DNA of 64,000 bases, taken from assembly GCA_963744145.1 (NCBI GenBank), contig CAVUSO010000001.1, forward strand, positions 384,001-448,000, written 5' to 3'. Positions 10,562 to 22,304 of this stretch are shown piece by piece. The notes under the pieces were generated by a model, which saw only the letters and a list, made by a program, of their open reading frames with translations, searched no databases and was not told where the DNA came from. The first letter of the stretch is position 1; each line of letters starts with the position of its first letter. A program made the position numbers and the translations under genes. This stretch comes from an uncultured cyanobacterium (GTDB lineage Bacteria; Cyanobacteriota; Cyanobacteriia; Cyanobacteriales; CAWUOF01).

Positions 10562-13500
10562 CTACCAAGGACTTCCAATCATGGTAAATCCTGACCAATA
10601 ATAGGGATGAGCTAAATTAGATTCTTTCATATTATGTAGTTGGGATGGTAAAGATAAATCACCAGTTTCTCCACGAATTTTCCCACTATTAATAGTTACT
10701 TTTTTCTGAATCATGGAGATTTGTGCTTGACGTAGGACATCAGCTTTAATAGGAACTATTTTCAATTGTCGGTAAAACTCACTCATTAAGGCTAAAGTAC
10801 CTTCATCACTAACATACCAGAGACTGGCTAAAGCAGATTTTACTCCAGCTTGGACACTTAATCCGGCAAAACCTAGCTCAACTTGATCATCTTCAACTGC
10901 TGTGCGACAAGCACTTAGCACTAATAACTCTGTCGGAGGGTTATTTAATTGTAATTGCCGAATCTGGTCGAGAGTTAACTTGGTGTCTGAAAATTGAATA
11001 TAGCTATTTTTAGCGATTCCTGGTTTAAACTCTCCATGAGTAGCTAAATGCACAATTTCAAAAGCACCAGAGGAATGTTGATGTTGCAATTTTTCTAAAG
11101 TAAAGTCTTGATTTAAAAAAGATTTACCAGGCCAATTTTGGAGAATTGATGACAATTCAGTTGGCACCGCAGGTAGAGCATTTTGTTCTTTAAATATGCT
11201 CGCTCCCATGGCCAGCACTTGAGAATTTCTAATATCTTTATAGCTAGTATCAGTTAAACTGAAGCTAGGAATCAAGCCAATACTATATTTTTCCACTAAA
11301 AAATGTTTGCCATCATGCAAAGCGGCGATCGGCAAAGAACGCAAACCACTATCCATACTAAATAGTAAAGTCGTAATACCCTGTGATTGCAATTCTGGTT
11401 CTAAAGGGGCAATCAGCCACTGATAAAGTTGTTGAGCATATTGCAAGTAGCTAGTTAAATTGCGCTGTGAAGGAGCAGTTATTTCATTACGAAATTGTTG
11501 TACTATTGGCAGTAAAGTATCTCTCTTCACGGGAATGCTTTTCACCACAAATTTGCCTTCTGCTGTTACTAATACAAGTTGTAATTGATTGGGCAAAATA
11601 TTTGTATAAATTAAAGCTGGTTTAATCCCAACTTGAGAGTGAATTTTTCTCAAAGATTCACGGATATTTTCAGTAGTGAGCGTTTGACTAAAGTCTTTAC
11701 CTAAGAAACCACCTAATTCTTGACCACGCATTAATTCGATTTGCGGGATCGCACTATTGAGATTATTTGCATCAATCGGATGGTTGACAGGTGCTTGAAC
11801 ATTGATTGAATTAGATACTGAGGTTGATGTGGGCGCAGGTGCTGGTGTGGGCGCAGGTGCTGGTGTGGATGCAGGTGCTGGTGTGGATGCAGGTGCTGTT
11901 AATAGAACTGGAGTCGAGGGCAAAGATAAAGTTGAAACCTGTGTTTGCACTGATGTTGTTGGTACTAGGGTCTGAGGTGGTGCTGGAACACTAGGTGGTA
12001 AAGTCCCATTTTGTGGATTAGGAGTACCCGATGGTGGTGGATTAGAAGTACCCGATGGTGGTGGATTAGAAGTACCTGGTAGTGGTGGATTAGGAGTACC
12101 CGATGGTGGTGGATTAGAAGTACCTGGTAGTGGTGAATTAGGAGTACCCGATGGTGGTGGATTAGAAGTACCTGGTAGTGGTGGATTAGGAGTACCCGAT
12201 GGTGGTGGATTAGAAGTACCTGGTAGTGGTGAATTAGGAGTACCCGATGGTGGTGAATTAGGAGTACCCGATGGTGGTGAATTAGGAGTACCCGATGGTG
12301 GTGAATTAGGAGTACCCGATGGTGGTGGAGTTGGATTTATCCCACCATTGTTATTAGCAATATTAGAATTAGTCGTACCGTTAATAATATTAACAGTAGC
12401 ATTGGTACTCGTAACATTAGGCTGACTACTATTATTTATAATTGATAATGCTTGAATATTACCAGGTGCTGAAATTATCACAGGACCGCCAGGATTAGGA
12501 ATATTAACATTACCGATATTTACAGTATTGCCAGATCCTGGACTATTGCTAAAATTAACTCCTCCCACGCCATTTTGAGGTACATTGGGAGGATTATCTA
12601 AAGTTACAAGTCCAGCTCGCAAAACTAATCCAGGTTGATTATTTAAACTGTAAGCTATGACATCAGGATCATTACTATTAATTAATTGATCTGGACCAGT
12701 AATAGTAATATTTCCACCTGTGATTTTGCCAGTAGCTTCGATTTTTAGCGAAGCTCCATTATAATCACCAAAAGTAACATCTCCATTAGCACTAATAATT
12801 GGATCAAAAATACTAATAGATTTACCTGGTTCTCCCATTAGGTTAGTAATCGAAAAATTTCTCCCACTGCTAAAGTGAGCATCGACCGAGATATTACCAT
12901 TACTAACTAAACTAAAATTACCGTTACTTTGTAATGGAGTTTGAGGATGATTTAATGCTAGGATGTCAATTCCATTATTACCTTGAATGAGAAAATCTCC
13001 CCCTGATTTGGCTAGAAAAGATTGGGTAATAGTATCGCGAATTGTTACTGTATTTTGCGCTAAAAGATTCAAGTCTCCAGTTGTAATCAGTTGACTTTCT
13101 AATAGGCTTAGATTATGATTTGCGGAAATAGTAGCTGTTTGAGAAGTAAGATTTTTAACAACAATGTCTCCATAATTAATCGGAATATCTGAACCCGTTA
13201 ATACTATTTCACCCTGATTATTAATCTTTACATTTATAACATCATTATAATTACCACCGGTTAGTAATTTTGGTAAATTTACAGGAGTTAGAATTTGATT
13301 AGTCAGTGGAATATCCAGACTTAATATATGGTAAGGTTGACTAATATTAATTCTATTCGTACCAGGAATACTAGCGATCGTAATTTGTCCACCAGGAGCA
13401 TTTAAGTTGCCAGTGCTGATAATTGTCCCACCTAATAAGTTTAAATCTTGCCCAGGTTTAACAGTTAAGTTACCCCCATTGATGATCGTCTCAGGTTGTA

Positions 13501-14005
13501 AGCTTGTGAAAATAAAAGCACTAGGATTTCCTGATAATAATTGATAATTATTAGTTCCATTAGTATTAAACCAATTGTTCCCAAAAGCTATTCCATTTGC
13601 CGTAGTAGCAGTAAAAGCAGCAGGTAAGTTTAAACTAGCATTTTTTCCAAATAATATACCCGCTGGATTGATTAAAAATAAGTTAGCATTACCACCAGTT
13701 ACTTGAATTAAACCATTAATAATTGATGGACTTCCCGTAACTCGGCTTAAGATATTTTGGATATTTGGATTTACTTGAAAATTGGCAATTTGACCAGGAT
13801 TAAGGTTAAATTTATTAAAACTATGAAAAAGATTATTTTTATCCCCAGAAAGCTGTCCCCCAGAGATATTAAATTGTTGACCAACGGGACTGACGATCGT
13901 GTTGCTCCCATCATTTGCTGGTATTATAGGTTGTGCTAATACCGGAGCAAATAAGGTAACACTATATACATATATTCCAATTTGGATCAGAATAAATCGT
14001 TTCAT
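10562..14005 (-). CDS. Haemagglutinin-domain/CHAT protein with a Pro-rich linker
   Basis: Same domain motifs; PPSGTPNS repeats; CHAT C-terminus HPYYWSGFTMIGSPW. Confidence 0.9.
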   Translation of the reverse strand: MKRFILIQIGIYVYSVTLFAPVLAQPIIPANDGSNTIVSPVGQQFNISGGQLSGDKNNLFHSFNKFNLNPGQIANFQVNPNIQNILSRVTGSPSIINGLIQVTGGNANLFLINPAGILFGKNASLNLPAAFTATTANGIAFGNNWFNTNGTNNYQLLSGNPSAFIFTSLQPETIINGGNLTVKPGQDLNLLGGTIISTGNLNAPGGQITIASIPGTNRINISQPYHILSLDIPLTNQILTPVNLPKLLTGGNYNDVINVKINNQGEIVLTGSDIPINYGDIVVKNLTSQTATISANHNLSLLESQLITTGDLNLLAQNTVTIRDTITQSFLAKSGGDFLIQGNNGIDILALNHPQTPLQSNGNFSLVSNGNISVDAHFSSGRNFSITNLMGEPGKSISIFDPIISANGDVTFGDYNGASLKIEATGKITGGNITITGPDQLINSNDPDVIAYSLNNQPGLVLRAGLVTLDNPPNVPQNGVGGVNFSNSPGSGNTVNIGNVNIPNPGGPVIISAPGNIQALSIINNSSQPNVTSTNATVNIINGTTNSNIANNNGGINPTPPPSGTPNSPPSGTPNSPPSGTPNSPPSGTPNSPLPGTSNPPPSGTPNPPLPGTSNPPPSGTPNSPLPGTSNPPPSGTPNPPLPGTSNPPPSGTSNPPPSGTPNPQNGTLPPSVPAPPQTLVPTTSVQTQVSTLSLPSTPVLLTAPASTPAPASTPAPAPTPAPAPTSTSVSNSINVQAPVNHPIDANNLNSAIPQIELMRGQELGGFLGKDFSQTLTTENIRESLRKIHSQVGIKPALIYTNILPNQLQLVLVTAEGKFVVKSIPVKRDTLLPIVQQFRNEITAPSQRNLTSYLQYAQQLYQWLIAPLEPELQSQGITTLLFSMDSGLRSLPIAALHDGKHFLVEKYSIGLIPSFSLTDTSYKDIRNSQVLAMGASIFKEQNALPAVPTELSSILQNWPGKSFLNQDFTLEKLQHQHSSGAFEIVHLATHGEFKPGIAKNSYIQFSDTKLTLDQIRQLQLNNPPTELLVLSACRTAVEDDQVELGFAGLSVQAGVKSALASLWYVSDEGTLALMSEFYRQLKIVPIKADVLRQAQISMIQKKVTINSGKIRGETGDLSLPSQLHNMKESNLAHPYYWSGFTMIGSPW
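12010..12330 (-). repeat. Coding 24-bp tandem repeat (PPSGTPNS/PLPGTSNP)
   Basis: ggagtacccgatggtggtgaatta-type units. Confidence 0.9.
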
Positions 14006-14033
14006 AGTTATTTGCTCTTAGAAAAAGGCTTTT

Positions 14034-14081
14034 GTGGGACAGACATCTTGTCTGTCTTAGTTATTTTGGCAAGAATATCTA
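14034..14081. repeat. Partial REP/MITE (gtgggacagacatcttgtctgtc palindrome family)
   Basis: Same palindrome and right end as the copies at 43541 and 53152. Confidence 0.7.
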
Positions 14082-14284
14082 TAGATATACTTGATTTTAA
14101 TTATAGCTAGTTTAAATAATCTCATGTCAAGGCGATCGCCATTGCTGATGAATGAGAGTTGGCTCAAAACAATACTCTCGCTCAAATTAAATATTGAACA
14201 CCGATCGCCATAAAAGTTATTGGGTGAATAGCTCTTGATTCCAATTCAGATGTAAAGAGAACAGAGCATCGTTGACGAGAGAGA

Positions 14285-15985
14285 TTAATCTACTACAAAA
14301 CTATAGATTTTTTGGGTTTCTAACTGGTCAGATAGCGTGGTAAACAACTGGGAAACTGGTAAAACTTTTCGCGCTAACTTCATCTGTAACCCAATCAAAG
14401 GATCGGAACCTGTAGATATCAGGAATTCTAGCTTGTGCAAATAGGACCAAGTGACTAAATCAGCAAAAATGGTTTTAATCGCTTGTAAATAGGGATGACT
14501 AGAATAAGTATACCAATCTGGTGTAGTTAAGTGTGGTTGATCTAAACCAAAATGAACAATCAAAGAGGGACTACCAAACAAAGCGATCGCGACTGGTCTA
14601 GCTTCTTCCCGCAATAATAAATCGTGATTTCTGACTAAATGGCGCAATTTTTCTAATCGCTCATAACGTTCTTGAGCATTCCCTAGGGAAGTGCTAGTTT
14701 GAGGAATATCCTGCCAATATATTGCCACTGTGACTAAATAAGTCTGTAACAACAGATGACCGAGTTTTTCGGCTTTTGTGGCTAGGTATGTACAATTAAA
14801 AGGATTAGTTTCAATTAATAAAGGTACGCGATCGACTATTTCCAAGCCATAGCCTTTCAACCCAGCAATTTTGCGCGGGTTATTCGTAATCAAACGAATC
14901 TGACTTACCCCTAAATCATTGAGAATTTGCGCTCCAATCCCATAGTTTCGCAAATCCGCCGGAAACCCTAGCATTTCATTAGCTTCGACGGTATCCATAC
15001 CCAAATCTTGCAGCGAATAAGCTTTTAATTTATTAATTAAACCGATCCCCCGACCTTCTTGACGGAGATAAACTACAATCCCAGCCCCAGCATTTTCAAT
15101 CATCTTCAACGCTGCTTGGAGTTGCATTCGACAGTCACACCGAAGCGATCCTAAAGCATCACCTGTTAGACATTCTGAATGCACTCTTACCATCACTGGC
15201 TGATTGAGAAAATCCTTGGGTTTTCCTTTAACAATGGCAACGTGTTCTGTATCATCTTGGGTATTGCGATAACCATAAATTTGGAAACTACCAAACTGAG
15301 TCGGTAATTCTGCTACTGTTTCCCGACGCACAAATCGGTCGTATCGTAATCGGTAACTAATCAAGTCGGCAATACTGACAATTTTTAGCTGGTGAGTGCG
15401 GGAATATTCAATCAGTTCTGGTAGCCGGGCCATTGAACCATCCGGATTTTGAATTTCACAAATCACTCCGGCTGGATATAAACTAGCTAATCTAGCTAAA
15501 TCTACCGCAGCTTCGGTATGACCAGCACGTTTCAATACTCCACCTTCTCTCGCTCGCAGGGGGAATATATGTCCCGGTCGTTTTAAGTCCCAAGGATGGG
15601 TATTCGGGTCGATCGCTGCTTGAATAGTTCGGGCTCGGTCTTCTGCTGAAATCCCTGTAGTAATTCCGAAACGACTAGAAGCATCAATACTAACTGTAAA
15701 AGCAGTTTGATTGCTGTCCGTATTGTTACTGACCATTAAGGGGAGTTCTAAAGCATCCAAGCGATCGCCATTCATCGCCAAGCAAATTAGTCCCCTTCCA
15801 TAGACAGCCATGAAGTTAATCAGATCCGGTGTCGCAAATTGTGCGGCACAAATTAGATCTCCTTCATTTTCGCGACTTTCGTCATCTACCACTACTACAG
15901 CTCGACCTGCTTTAAGATCAGCTAGGGCAGCATCGATCGAATCAAATGCAAATTTTTCAGTTGATGGGTTTTTCGACGCACTCAC
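14285..15985 (-). CDS. ribBA: Bifunctional DHBP synthase / GTP cyclohydrolase II
   Basis: [42 protein letters not shown] motifs; start placed at GTG 15985 (ORF track extends to 16090). Confidence 0.95.
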   Translation of the reverse strand: MSASKNPSTEKFAFDSIDAALADLKAGRAVVVVDDESRENEGDLICAAQFATPDLINFMAVYGRGLICLAMNGDRLDALELPLMVSNNTDSNQTAFTVSIDASSRFGITTGISAEDRARTIQAAIDPNTHPWDLKRPGHIFPLRAREGGVLKRAGHTEAAVDLARLASLYPAGVICEIQNPDGSMARLPELIEYSRTHQLKIVSIADLISYRLRYDRFVRRETVAELPTQFGSFQIYGYRNTQDDTEHVAIVKGKPKDFLNQPVMVRVHSECLTGDALGSLRCDCRMQLQAALKMIENAGAGIVVYLRQEGRGIGLINKLKAYSLQDLGMDTVEANEMLGFPADLRNYGIGAQILNDLGVSQIRLITNNPRKIAGLKGYGLEIVDRVPLLIETNPFNCTYLATKAEKLGHLLLQTYLVTVAIYWQDIPQTSTSLGNAQERYERLEKLRHLVRNHDLLLREEARPVAIALFGSPSLIVHFGLDQPHLTTPDWYTYSSHPYLQAIKTIFADLVTWSYLHKLEFLISTGSDPLIGLQMKLARKVLPVSQLFTTLSDQLETQKIYSFVVD

Positions 15986-16157
15986 AGACAAGGTTTTGGT
16001 CAATCCTTTGTAAAGTTTTATAAAGGCTATATGTTTAATGATTGTAGCTTGTTCCAATCCGATCATGTTTCTTACTTTCAGAACAGACAACCTGGGCTAA
16101 AATGCAGCAAAAGTGATCGGCTCTGCTCAGAAATACTATTTAGAGGAAAACATTATT

Positions 16158-17216
16158 ATGGGTGATTCAGAACGTCTGCGGGTAGGAATCGTAGGTGCAT
16201 CAGGCTATGGTGGTGTCCAGTTGGTGCGTCTGCTCATGGATCATCCTCAAGTGGAAGTTACCTATTTAGGAGGAGAAAGTAGTGCAGGTAAACCTTTTAC
16301 TGAGCTTTATCCACATTTGGGTCATTGTGTGAATTTGACCATTCAACCCCTAGATATAGAAAAAATAACTTCTCAATGTGAAGTGGTATTTCTATCTTTA
16401 CCCAATGGGTTAGCTTATGAAATGGCACCAGCTCTATTAGCCAAGGGTTGTAAGGTATTAGATTTATCCGCTGATTATCGGTTTTCTAACTTAGATACTT
16501 ATACCAATTGGTATGGAGCTAAACGTCAAGACCAAGAAGTAGCAGCTACTGCTGTCTATGGTTTACCAGAAATATATCGCGATCGGCTGCGTCAAGCCAA
16601 TTTAGTGGGATGTGCGGGTTGCTATGTAACCGCGAGTCTTTTAGCACTTGCTCCTTTACTCAAACAAGGATTAATTTTACCCGAAACTGCCATCATTGAT
16701 GCCAAATCCGGCACATCGGGAGGTGGTCGTCAGGCCAAAACTAACCTATTATTGGCAGAAGCTGACAGTTCTCTCGGTGCTTATTCAGTAGGAAGACACC
16801 GACATACTCCGGAAATTGAACAAGTCTGTAGTGATTTAGCTGGTCGGGAAGTAATCGTGCAATTTACTCCTCATCTCATCCCCATGGTCAGAGGAATTTT
16901 AGCTACTGTTTACGCTACTCTCTCCGATCCAGGACTAATTCGTGAGGATTTGATTACAATTTTCACAGCTTTTTATCGTTCTTCCCCTTGGGTCAAGATT
17001 TTACCCAGTGGTATATATCCTCAAACTAAATGGGCTTGTGGTACTAACCTTTGTTATATCGGTGTAGAAGTCGATCCCAGGACCGATCGAGTCATTGTGA
17101 TGTCTGCGATCGATAATTTAATTAAAGGTCAAGCTGGTCAAGCCATTCAATGTCTGAATTTGATGATGAACTGGGATGAAACTTTAGGATTACCACAACT
17201 AACTTTTTATCCCTAG
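16158..17216 (+). CDS. argC: N-acetyl-gamma-glutamyl-phosphate reductase
   Basis: [52 protein letters not shown] before ATG 16158. Confidence 0.95.
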   Translation: MGDSERLRVGIVGASGYGGVQLVRLLMDHPQVEVTYLGGESSAGKPFTELYPHLGHCVNLTIQPLDIEKITSQCEVVFLSLPNGLAYEMAPALLAKGCKVLDLSADYRFSNLDTYTNWYGAKRQDQEVAATAVYGLPEIYRDRLRQANLVGCAGCYVTASLLALAPLLKQGLILPETAIIDAKSGTSGGGRQAKTNLLLAEADSSLGAYSVGRHRHTPEIEQVCSDLAGREVIVQFTPHLIPMVRGILATVYATLSDPGLIREDLITIFTAFYRSSPWVKILPSGIYPQTKWACGTNLCYIGVEVDPRTDRVIVMSAIDNLIKGQAGQAIQCLNLMMNWDETLGLPQLTFYP

Positions 17217-17244
17217 TTTTCTGGCGTTGGTGGATATTATTCTT

Positions 17245-17290
17245 TCAGGTGTCAGGTTTTAATCCTGACACCTGAGTTCTTTTTGGTCTA
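17245..17290. repeat. Palindromic repeat / possible terminator, copy 1
   Basis: tcaggtgtcagg-ttttaat-cctgacacctga between convergent argC and AraC genes; second copy at 21376. Confidence 0.7.
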
Positions 17291-17291
17291 A

Positions 17292-18266
17292 CTAGATTAT
17301 TGAACTAGCAGTTTCTCTTAGCCGCTCTACATCGCGCATCGGTGGCGCACCAAAAAGCCGCTTGTACTCGCGGTTAAAGTGGGAGGCATCTTCATAACCT
17401 ACACGATAGGCAGCACTGGTAGCGTCAAGGTTTTCCCCCAGCATTAGACGACGAGCCTCCTGGAGCCGTAGCTGTTTCTGGAACTGCAAGGGACTCATGG
17501 CAGTGACAGACTTGAAGTGATGGTGAAAGCTAGAGACACTCATTCCTAGCTCTTGGGCGATGCTTTCAATGCGAAGCTGCTGGTTGAAGTCTTTACGCAG
17601 TCGATCGATAGCTCTAGCAATGTGGTGGGTGTAACCACCCAGAACTGCAATATGACGGAGCCGACTACCTTGCTCTCCCATCAGGAGTCGGTAAATGATT
17701 TCTCTTGTGACTAGTGGCATCAGAACCTGAGCTTCGGAGGGCGCGTCCAAAAGCCTAACCAGCCTTAATACAGCATCCAGTAGCAGTGTATTCAATGGAC
17801 TCACATCTATCCCTTTTACATTACTACGGCTTTGTGGTGAGGGATAGCCTGCCTCAACCATGACTGAACCGACCAGGGTGGGGTTGAGATCAAGGCGAAG
17901 ACTAAGGTAAGGTTGATGCTTGGATGCTTCCAGAATTTGGCTGACAATTGGCAGCTCGACCGTAGCAAGTAGATAATGGATCGGGTCGTACTGATAGCGA
18001 TCGTTGCCCAGAAGGATTTCTTTACTGCCTTGAGCAATCACACAAAAGGCAGGGATAGAAACACTATGACAGGATTCCGTAGGCCAAGAGGAACGTTTCA
18101 GGTGTAATCCTTTGAGCGGCTCAATCATCCCATCATCACGAATTGCCTGTGCAATCCGTTCAGCCAGTTCATCTCTGTTGGCTTGCACTCTGACAGCCTC
18201 GCGCTTTGCCTGCTGGTCGTTCATTAAATCCACATTGGACTTTTCACTCGTTTTGGCAGCGTTCAT
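17292..18266 (-). CDS. AraC family transcriptional regulator (AraC_N + HTH, YqhC-like)
   Basis: FCVIAQGSKE; MSVSSFHHHFKSVTAMSPLQFQKQLRLQEAR; VGYEDASHFNREYKRLFG. ATG at 18266 (a later Met is possible). Confidence 0.9.
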   Translation of the reverse strand: MNAAKTSEKSNVDLMNDQQAKREAVRVQANRDELAERIAQAIRDDGMIEPLKGLHLKRSSWPTESCHSVSIPAFCVIAQGSKEILLGNDRYQYDPIHYLLATVELPIVSQILEASKHQPYLSLRLDLNPTLVGSVMVEAGYPSPQSRSNVKGIDVSPLNTLLLDAVLRLVRLLDAPSEAQVLMPLVTREIIYRLLMGEQGSRLRHIAVLGGYTHHIARAIDRLRKDFNQQLRIESIAQELGMSVSSFHHHFKSVTAMSPLQFQKQLRLQEARRLMLGENLDATSAAYRVGYEDASHFNREYKRLFGAPPMRDVERLRETASSII

Positions 18267-18592
18267 AAAAATGCTCGGCAAGTGGGAAACTCAGTTCTTT
18301 AGAACTGGGAGGGAAACGGCTCGTGCGGTTTTAACCGCCGTGGATATTGGAAAGGGAGGTAATTTTACCTCCCTTTCCCTCCCTTGCGGGGTGATGTTCG
18401 CTTCGACCTGTTATCTGAGCTTGTTAAGCTTGTAGCACTGTTTCAGTGACCTTAAAACTGTTTAACTACAAGCGACAGAGCGGGGAACTAGCGTCGCATT
18501 CCGAGGTGTCGTGACTCAGATAACGTCTCCCCGTGGGGTCTGGTCAGTACAGCTCTTTCAGAGCTACAGTCCTAAAGGACTGGGTTACTGAC
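18267..18592 (-). mobile_element. Non-autonomous IS200/IS605-type element carrying an IscB-type omega-RNA (HEARO) scaffold but no ORF
   Basis: Minus strand starts GTCAGTAACCCAGTCCTTTAGGACTG...TACTGACCAGACC and ends with a subterminal hairpin CCCAGTTCTAAAGAACTGAG followed by ATGAA. Confidence 0.8.
18379..18592 (-). ncRNA. omega-RNA / HEARO-like scaffold
   Basis: Ordered motifs GTCAGTA...TACTGACCAGACC, ACGTTATCTGAG paired with CTCAGATAAC, GGAATGC-CTAGTTCC, CTCTGTCG, TTAAACAG...CAGTG, GTCGAAGCGAACATCACCCCGCAAGGGAG. Confidence 0.78.
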
Positions 18593-18801
18593 TGCTAAGT
18601 TTGCAGGATTGTACAACGATCTTAGACGATCATTCTATCGCTTGCCCTTTGAGATTCTTAGAATGAAGCTAAAGCAATAAAAAATGATTCCAGCTTCACC
18701 CTAGCATTCTGGATTTTTATTCAAGAGAGAAGGCAGTTTTGATTGGGCAAGGGACTCGCCTACTGATCACCAAAATGGCATCAAGCGAAGGAATTAAGAA
18801 C

Positions 18802-19188
18802 ATGGACATCAAAAGAAGTGGCTCACAACCTTCTACCAAAGGACCGGCTGATTATTTTACCGGCACTGTCCGGGTTGACCCCCTATTCGAGGCACAAGAT
18901 CCAGCACGCACGCTCGGTGTCAGTGTCACGTTTGAACCTGGTGCGCGAACTGCATGGCACACCCACCCCTTGGGACAGACCCTGATCGTGACGGCTGGCT
19001 GCGGTCTTGCCCAACGCTGGGGCGGACCGATCGAGCAAATTCGACCGGGGGACGTGATCTGGTTTCCACCAGGTGAGAAGCATTGGCACGGCGCTACGGC
19101 AACCACAGCCATGACGCATATTGCCATTCAGGAACTGCTTGATGGCAAACCCGTGGACTGGATGGAGCAGGTCAGCGACCAACATTAG
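18802..19188 (+). CDS. Cupin domain protein
   Basis: [20 protein letters not shown]...GEKHWHGA...MTHIAIQE. Confidence 0.9.
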   Translation: MDIKRSGSQPSTKGPADYFTGTVRVDPLFEAQDPARTLGVSVTFEPGARTAWHTHPLGQTLIVTAGCGLAQRWGGPIEQIRPGDVIWFPPGEKHWHGATATTAMTHIAIQELLDGKPVDWMEQVSDQH

Positions 19189-19220
19189 GCGCAGACAGTA
19201 AACCAATAGAAGCATTATTT

Positions 19221-20279
19221 ATGTACAAAACGAAAGCTTATTCTGCAATCAGTGCCACATCACCATTGTCCTTTACCCAGATCCCACGGCGTGATCCAAC
19301 CGAACAAGATGTTCAGATTGAAATCCTCTTCTGCGGGATCTGTCACTCCGACCTCCATTCAGTGCGTAATGAGTGGAGCAGCATCATGCCCACTGTCTAT
19401 CCGATTGTCCCAGGTCATGAGATCGTAGGTCGTGTCACCAAGGTCGGTTCGGCAGTTACCAAGTACAAGCCCGGTGACCTTGCCGCAGTCGGCTGTATGG
19501 TAGACTCGGACGGCACTTGCCCCCATTGCCAGGCGCATCTTGAACAGTTTTGTTCAAACCTGACCCTCACCTTCAATTCCCCTGACAAACACCTGGTCGG
19601 TGTCACCTACGGTGGTTACTCCGATAGCATCGTTGTCCATGAACGCTTTGTGCTGCGAATTCCCTCCAACCTCAATCTCGCTGGAGCTGCGCCGCTCCTT
19701 TGTGCTGGAATCACCACCTATTCGCCTATGCGTCACTGGGGTGTCACCAAGGGCAAGAAGGTAGGCGTGGTCGGTCTCGGTGGGCTAGGCCACATGGGTG
19801 TGAAGTTCGCCCGTGCGTTCGGAGCCCATGTCGTCGTCTTCACCACCTCGCCCAACAAGACGGAAGACGCGCTTCGCCTCGGTGCTGACGAAGTTGTCGT
19901 CTCCCGCCACACTGACGAAATGCAGAAACATTCTGGCAGCTTCGATTTCATCCTCGACACTGTCTCTGCCCAGCACGACATCAACGCCTATCTCAACCTG
20001 CTCTGTCGTGACGGCAACATCACCCTGGTTGGCGCACCTGAGAAGCCCCTGGATGTTGTAGCATTCAGCCTGATCATGGGACGGCGCAGTCTCTCCGGCT
20101 CGATCATCGGCGGCATTGCTGAAACCCAGGAGATGCTTGACTTTTGCAGCAAGCACAATATCACCGCAGATGTCGAAGTCATTCCCATCCAGAAGGTGAA
20201 CGAAGCCTATGAGCGACTGCTCAAGTCCGATGTGAAGTACCGCTTCTGTATCGATATGGAATCACTTAAATCTGAATAA
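19221..20279 (+). CDS. Zn-dependent NAD(P) alcohol dehydrogenase (cinnamyl-ADH/AdhC type)
   Basis: CGICHSD, GHEIVG, APLLCAGITTYSP, GLGGLG. Confidence 0.92.
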   Translation: MYKTKAYSAISATSPLSFTQIPRRDPTEQDVQIEILFCGICHSDLHSVRNEWSSIMPTVYPIVPGHEIVGRVTKVGSAVTKYKPGDLAAVGCMVDSDGTCPHCQAHLEQFCSNLTLTFNSPDKHLVGVTYGGYSDSIVVHERFVLRIPSNLNLAGAAPLLCAGITTYSPMRHWGVTKGKKVGVVGLGGLGHMGVKFARAFGAHVVVFTTSPNKTEDALRLGADEVVVSRHTDEMQKHSGSFDFILDTVSAQHDINAYLNLLCRDGNITLVGAPEKPLDVVAFSLIMGRRSLSGSIIGGIAETQEMLDFCSKHNITADVEVIPIQKVNEAYERLLKSDVKYRFCIDMESLKSE

Positions 20280-20288
20280 CTAAGGTAG

Positions 20289-21314
<1,026 letters not shown>

Positions 21315-21375
21315 GTCAGTGCTAGAATCATTGCATAATCAGTAGGTTTTTTCAACTAAAACTTTAAAAGTGGTC

Positions 21376-21422
21376 TCAGGTGTTAGGGTTTTAATCCTGA
21401 TACCTGAGTGCTTGTTGGCCTA
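21376..21422. repeat. Palindromic repeat / possible terminator, copy 2
   Basis: tcaggtgttagggttttaatcctgatacctgagtgcttgttggccta, near-identical to 17245-17290. Confidence 0.7.
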
Positions 21423-21468
21423 TTGAGATTAGATTTTTGTTGAAAAAAGCGATCGTGAGGCTTTTTAG

Positions 21469-22182
21469 ATGAACATGAATGCTAACCATCAGAATCAGTA
21501 TGCGTTAGTGACAGGTGGCAATAAAGGGATTGGGTTTGCCATTTGCCAAGGGCTGCTGCAAGCTGGGTTTGAGGTGATTTTGGCGGCGCGATCGCTCGAC
21601 AAAGCCAAGCAAGCTATTGAACAATTGCAATCGGCTCATGTGCATCCTCTATTACTGGATGTCGCGGATGACAACACCATCCATCAAGCGGTTAGGTCGT
21701 TGCATCAGGACCTGGGGCAGCTTGATGTCTTGATCAACAATGCAGGCATTTATCCCGATCAAGGTGTCAATATCCTCACCATTGAGCGGACTTTGTTGGC
21801 TCAAGCGATGCAGACCAATGCCTTTGGTGCCATTCGGACTGCCCAGGCGTTTTTGCCGCTATTAGAAAAAGCCTCTGCTGCTCGCATCATCAATGTTTCC
21901 AGTGGCTATGGGGCGCTTGATAGCTTGTCTGCTAACGTCCCCAGCTATTGCCTATCAAAGCTGGCGCTGAATGGGGCAACCATCATGCTGGCAGAGGCGC
22001 TGCAACCGAAAGGCATTGCGGTGTATGCCATGTGTCCCGGTTGGGTGCGAACCGATATGGGTGGAGCATCTGCAACCCGATCGCCCGAGCAAGGCGCAGA
22101 TACCGCTATCTGGTTGGCGACAGAAGCTTCACTTGATTTGAGTGGGAAGTTTTTCCGCGATCGTCAAGAGATATCCTATTAA
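21469..22182 (+). CDS. Short-chain dehydrogenase/reductase (carbonyl reductase-like)
   Basis: TGGNKGIG, NNAG, YCLSK, CPGWVRTDMGG. Confidence 0.92.
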   Translation: MNMNANHQNQYALVTGGNKGIGFAICQGLLQAGFEVILAARSLDKAKQAIEQLQSAHVHPLLLDVADDNTIHQAVRSLHQDLGQLDVLINNAGIYPDQGVNILTIERTLLAQAMQTNAFGAIRTAQAFLPLLEKASAARIINVSSGYGALDSLSANVPSYCLSKLALNGATIMLAEALQPKGIAVYAMCPGWVRTDMGGASATRSPEQGADTAIWLATEASLDLSGKFFRDRQEISY

Positions 22183-22304
22183 TCACATATCTATACCACT
22201 CCTTAACAAGAAAATTTGCCTAGCTCAGTAGTCCCCTGTCTGGATATATCAATAGTGCAAATTTACGAATTGATAGGGAAGTCCCCTCACTGTTAACTAA
22301 AGAG

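Noticed and set aside
1795..12330. Repeat arrays as a possible CRISPR
   Set aside because: No unique spacers, in-frame coding, no cas genes
15986..16157. N-terminal extensions of ribBA and argC in the ORF track
   Set aside because: They would leave almost no divergent promoter; homology and RBS favour later starts
18112..18435. 107-aa + strand ORF as a possible IscB or TnpA remnant
   Set aside because: No PLMP/RRXRR, RuvC, HNH or HUH motifs; antisense to AraC and the RNA element
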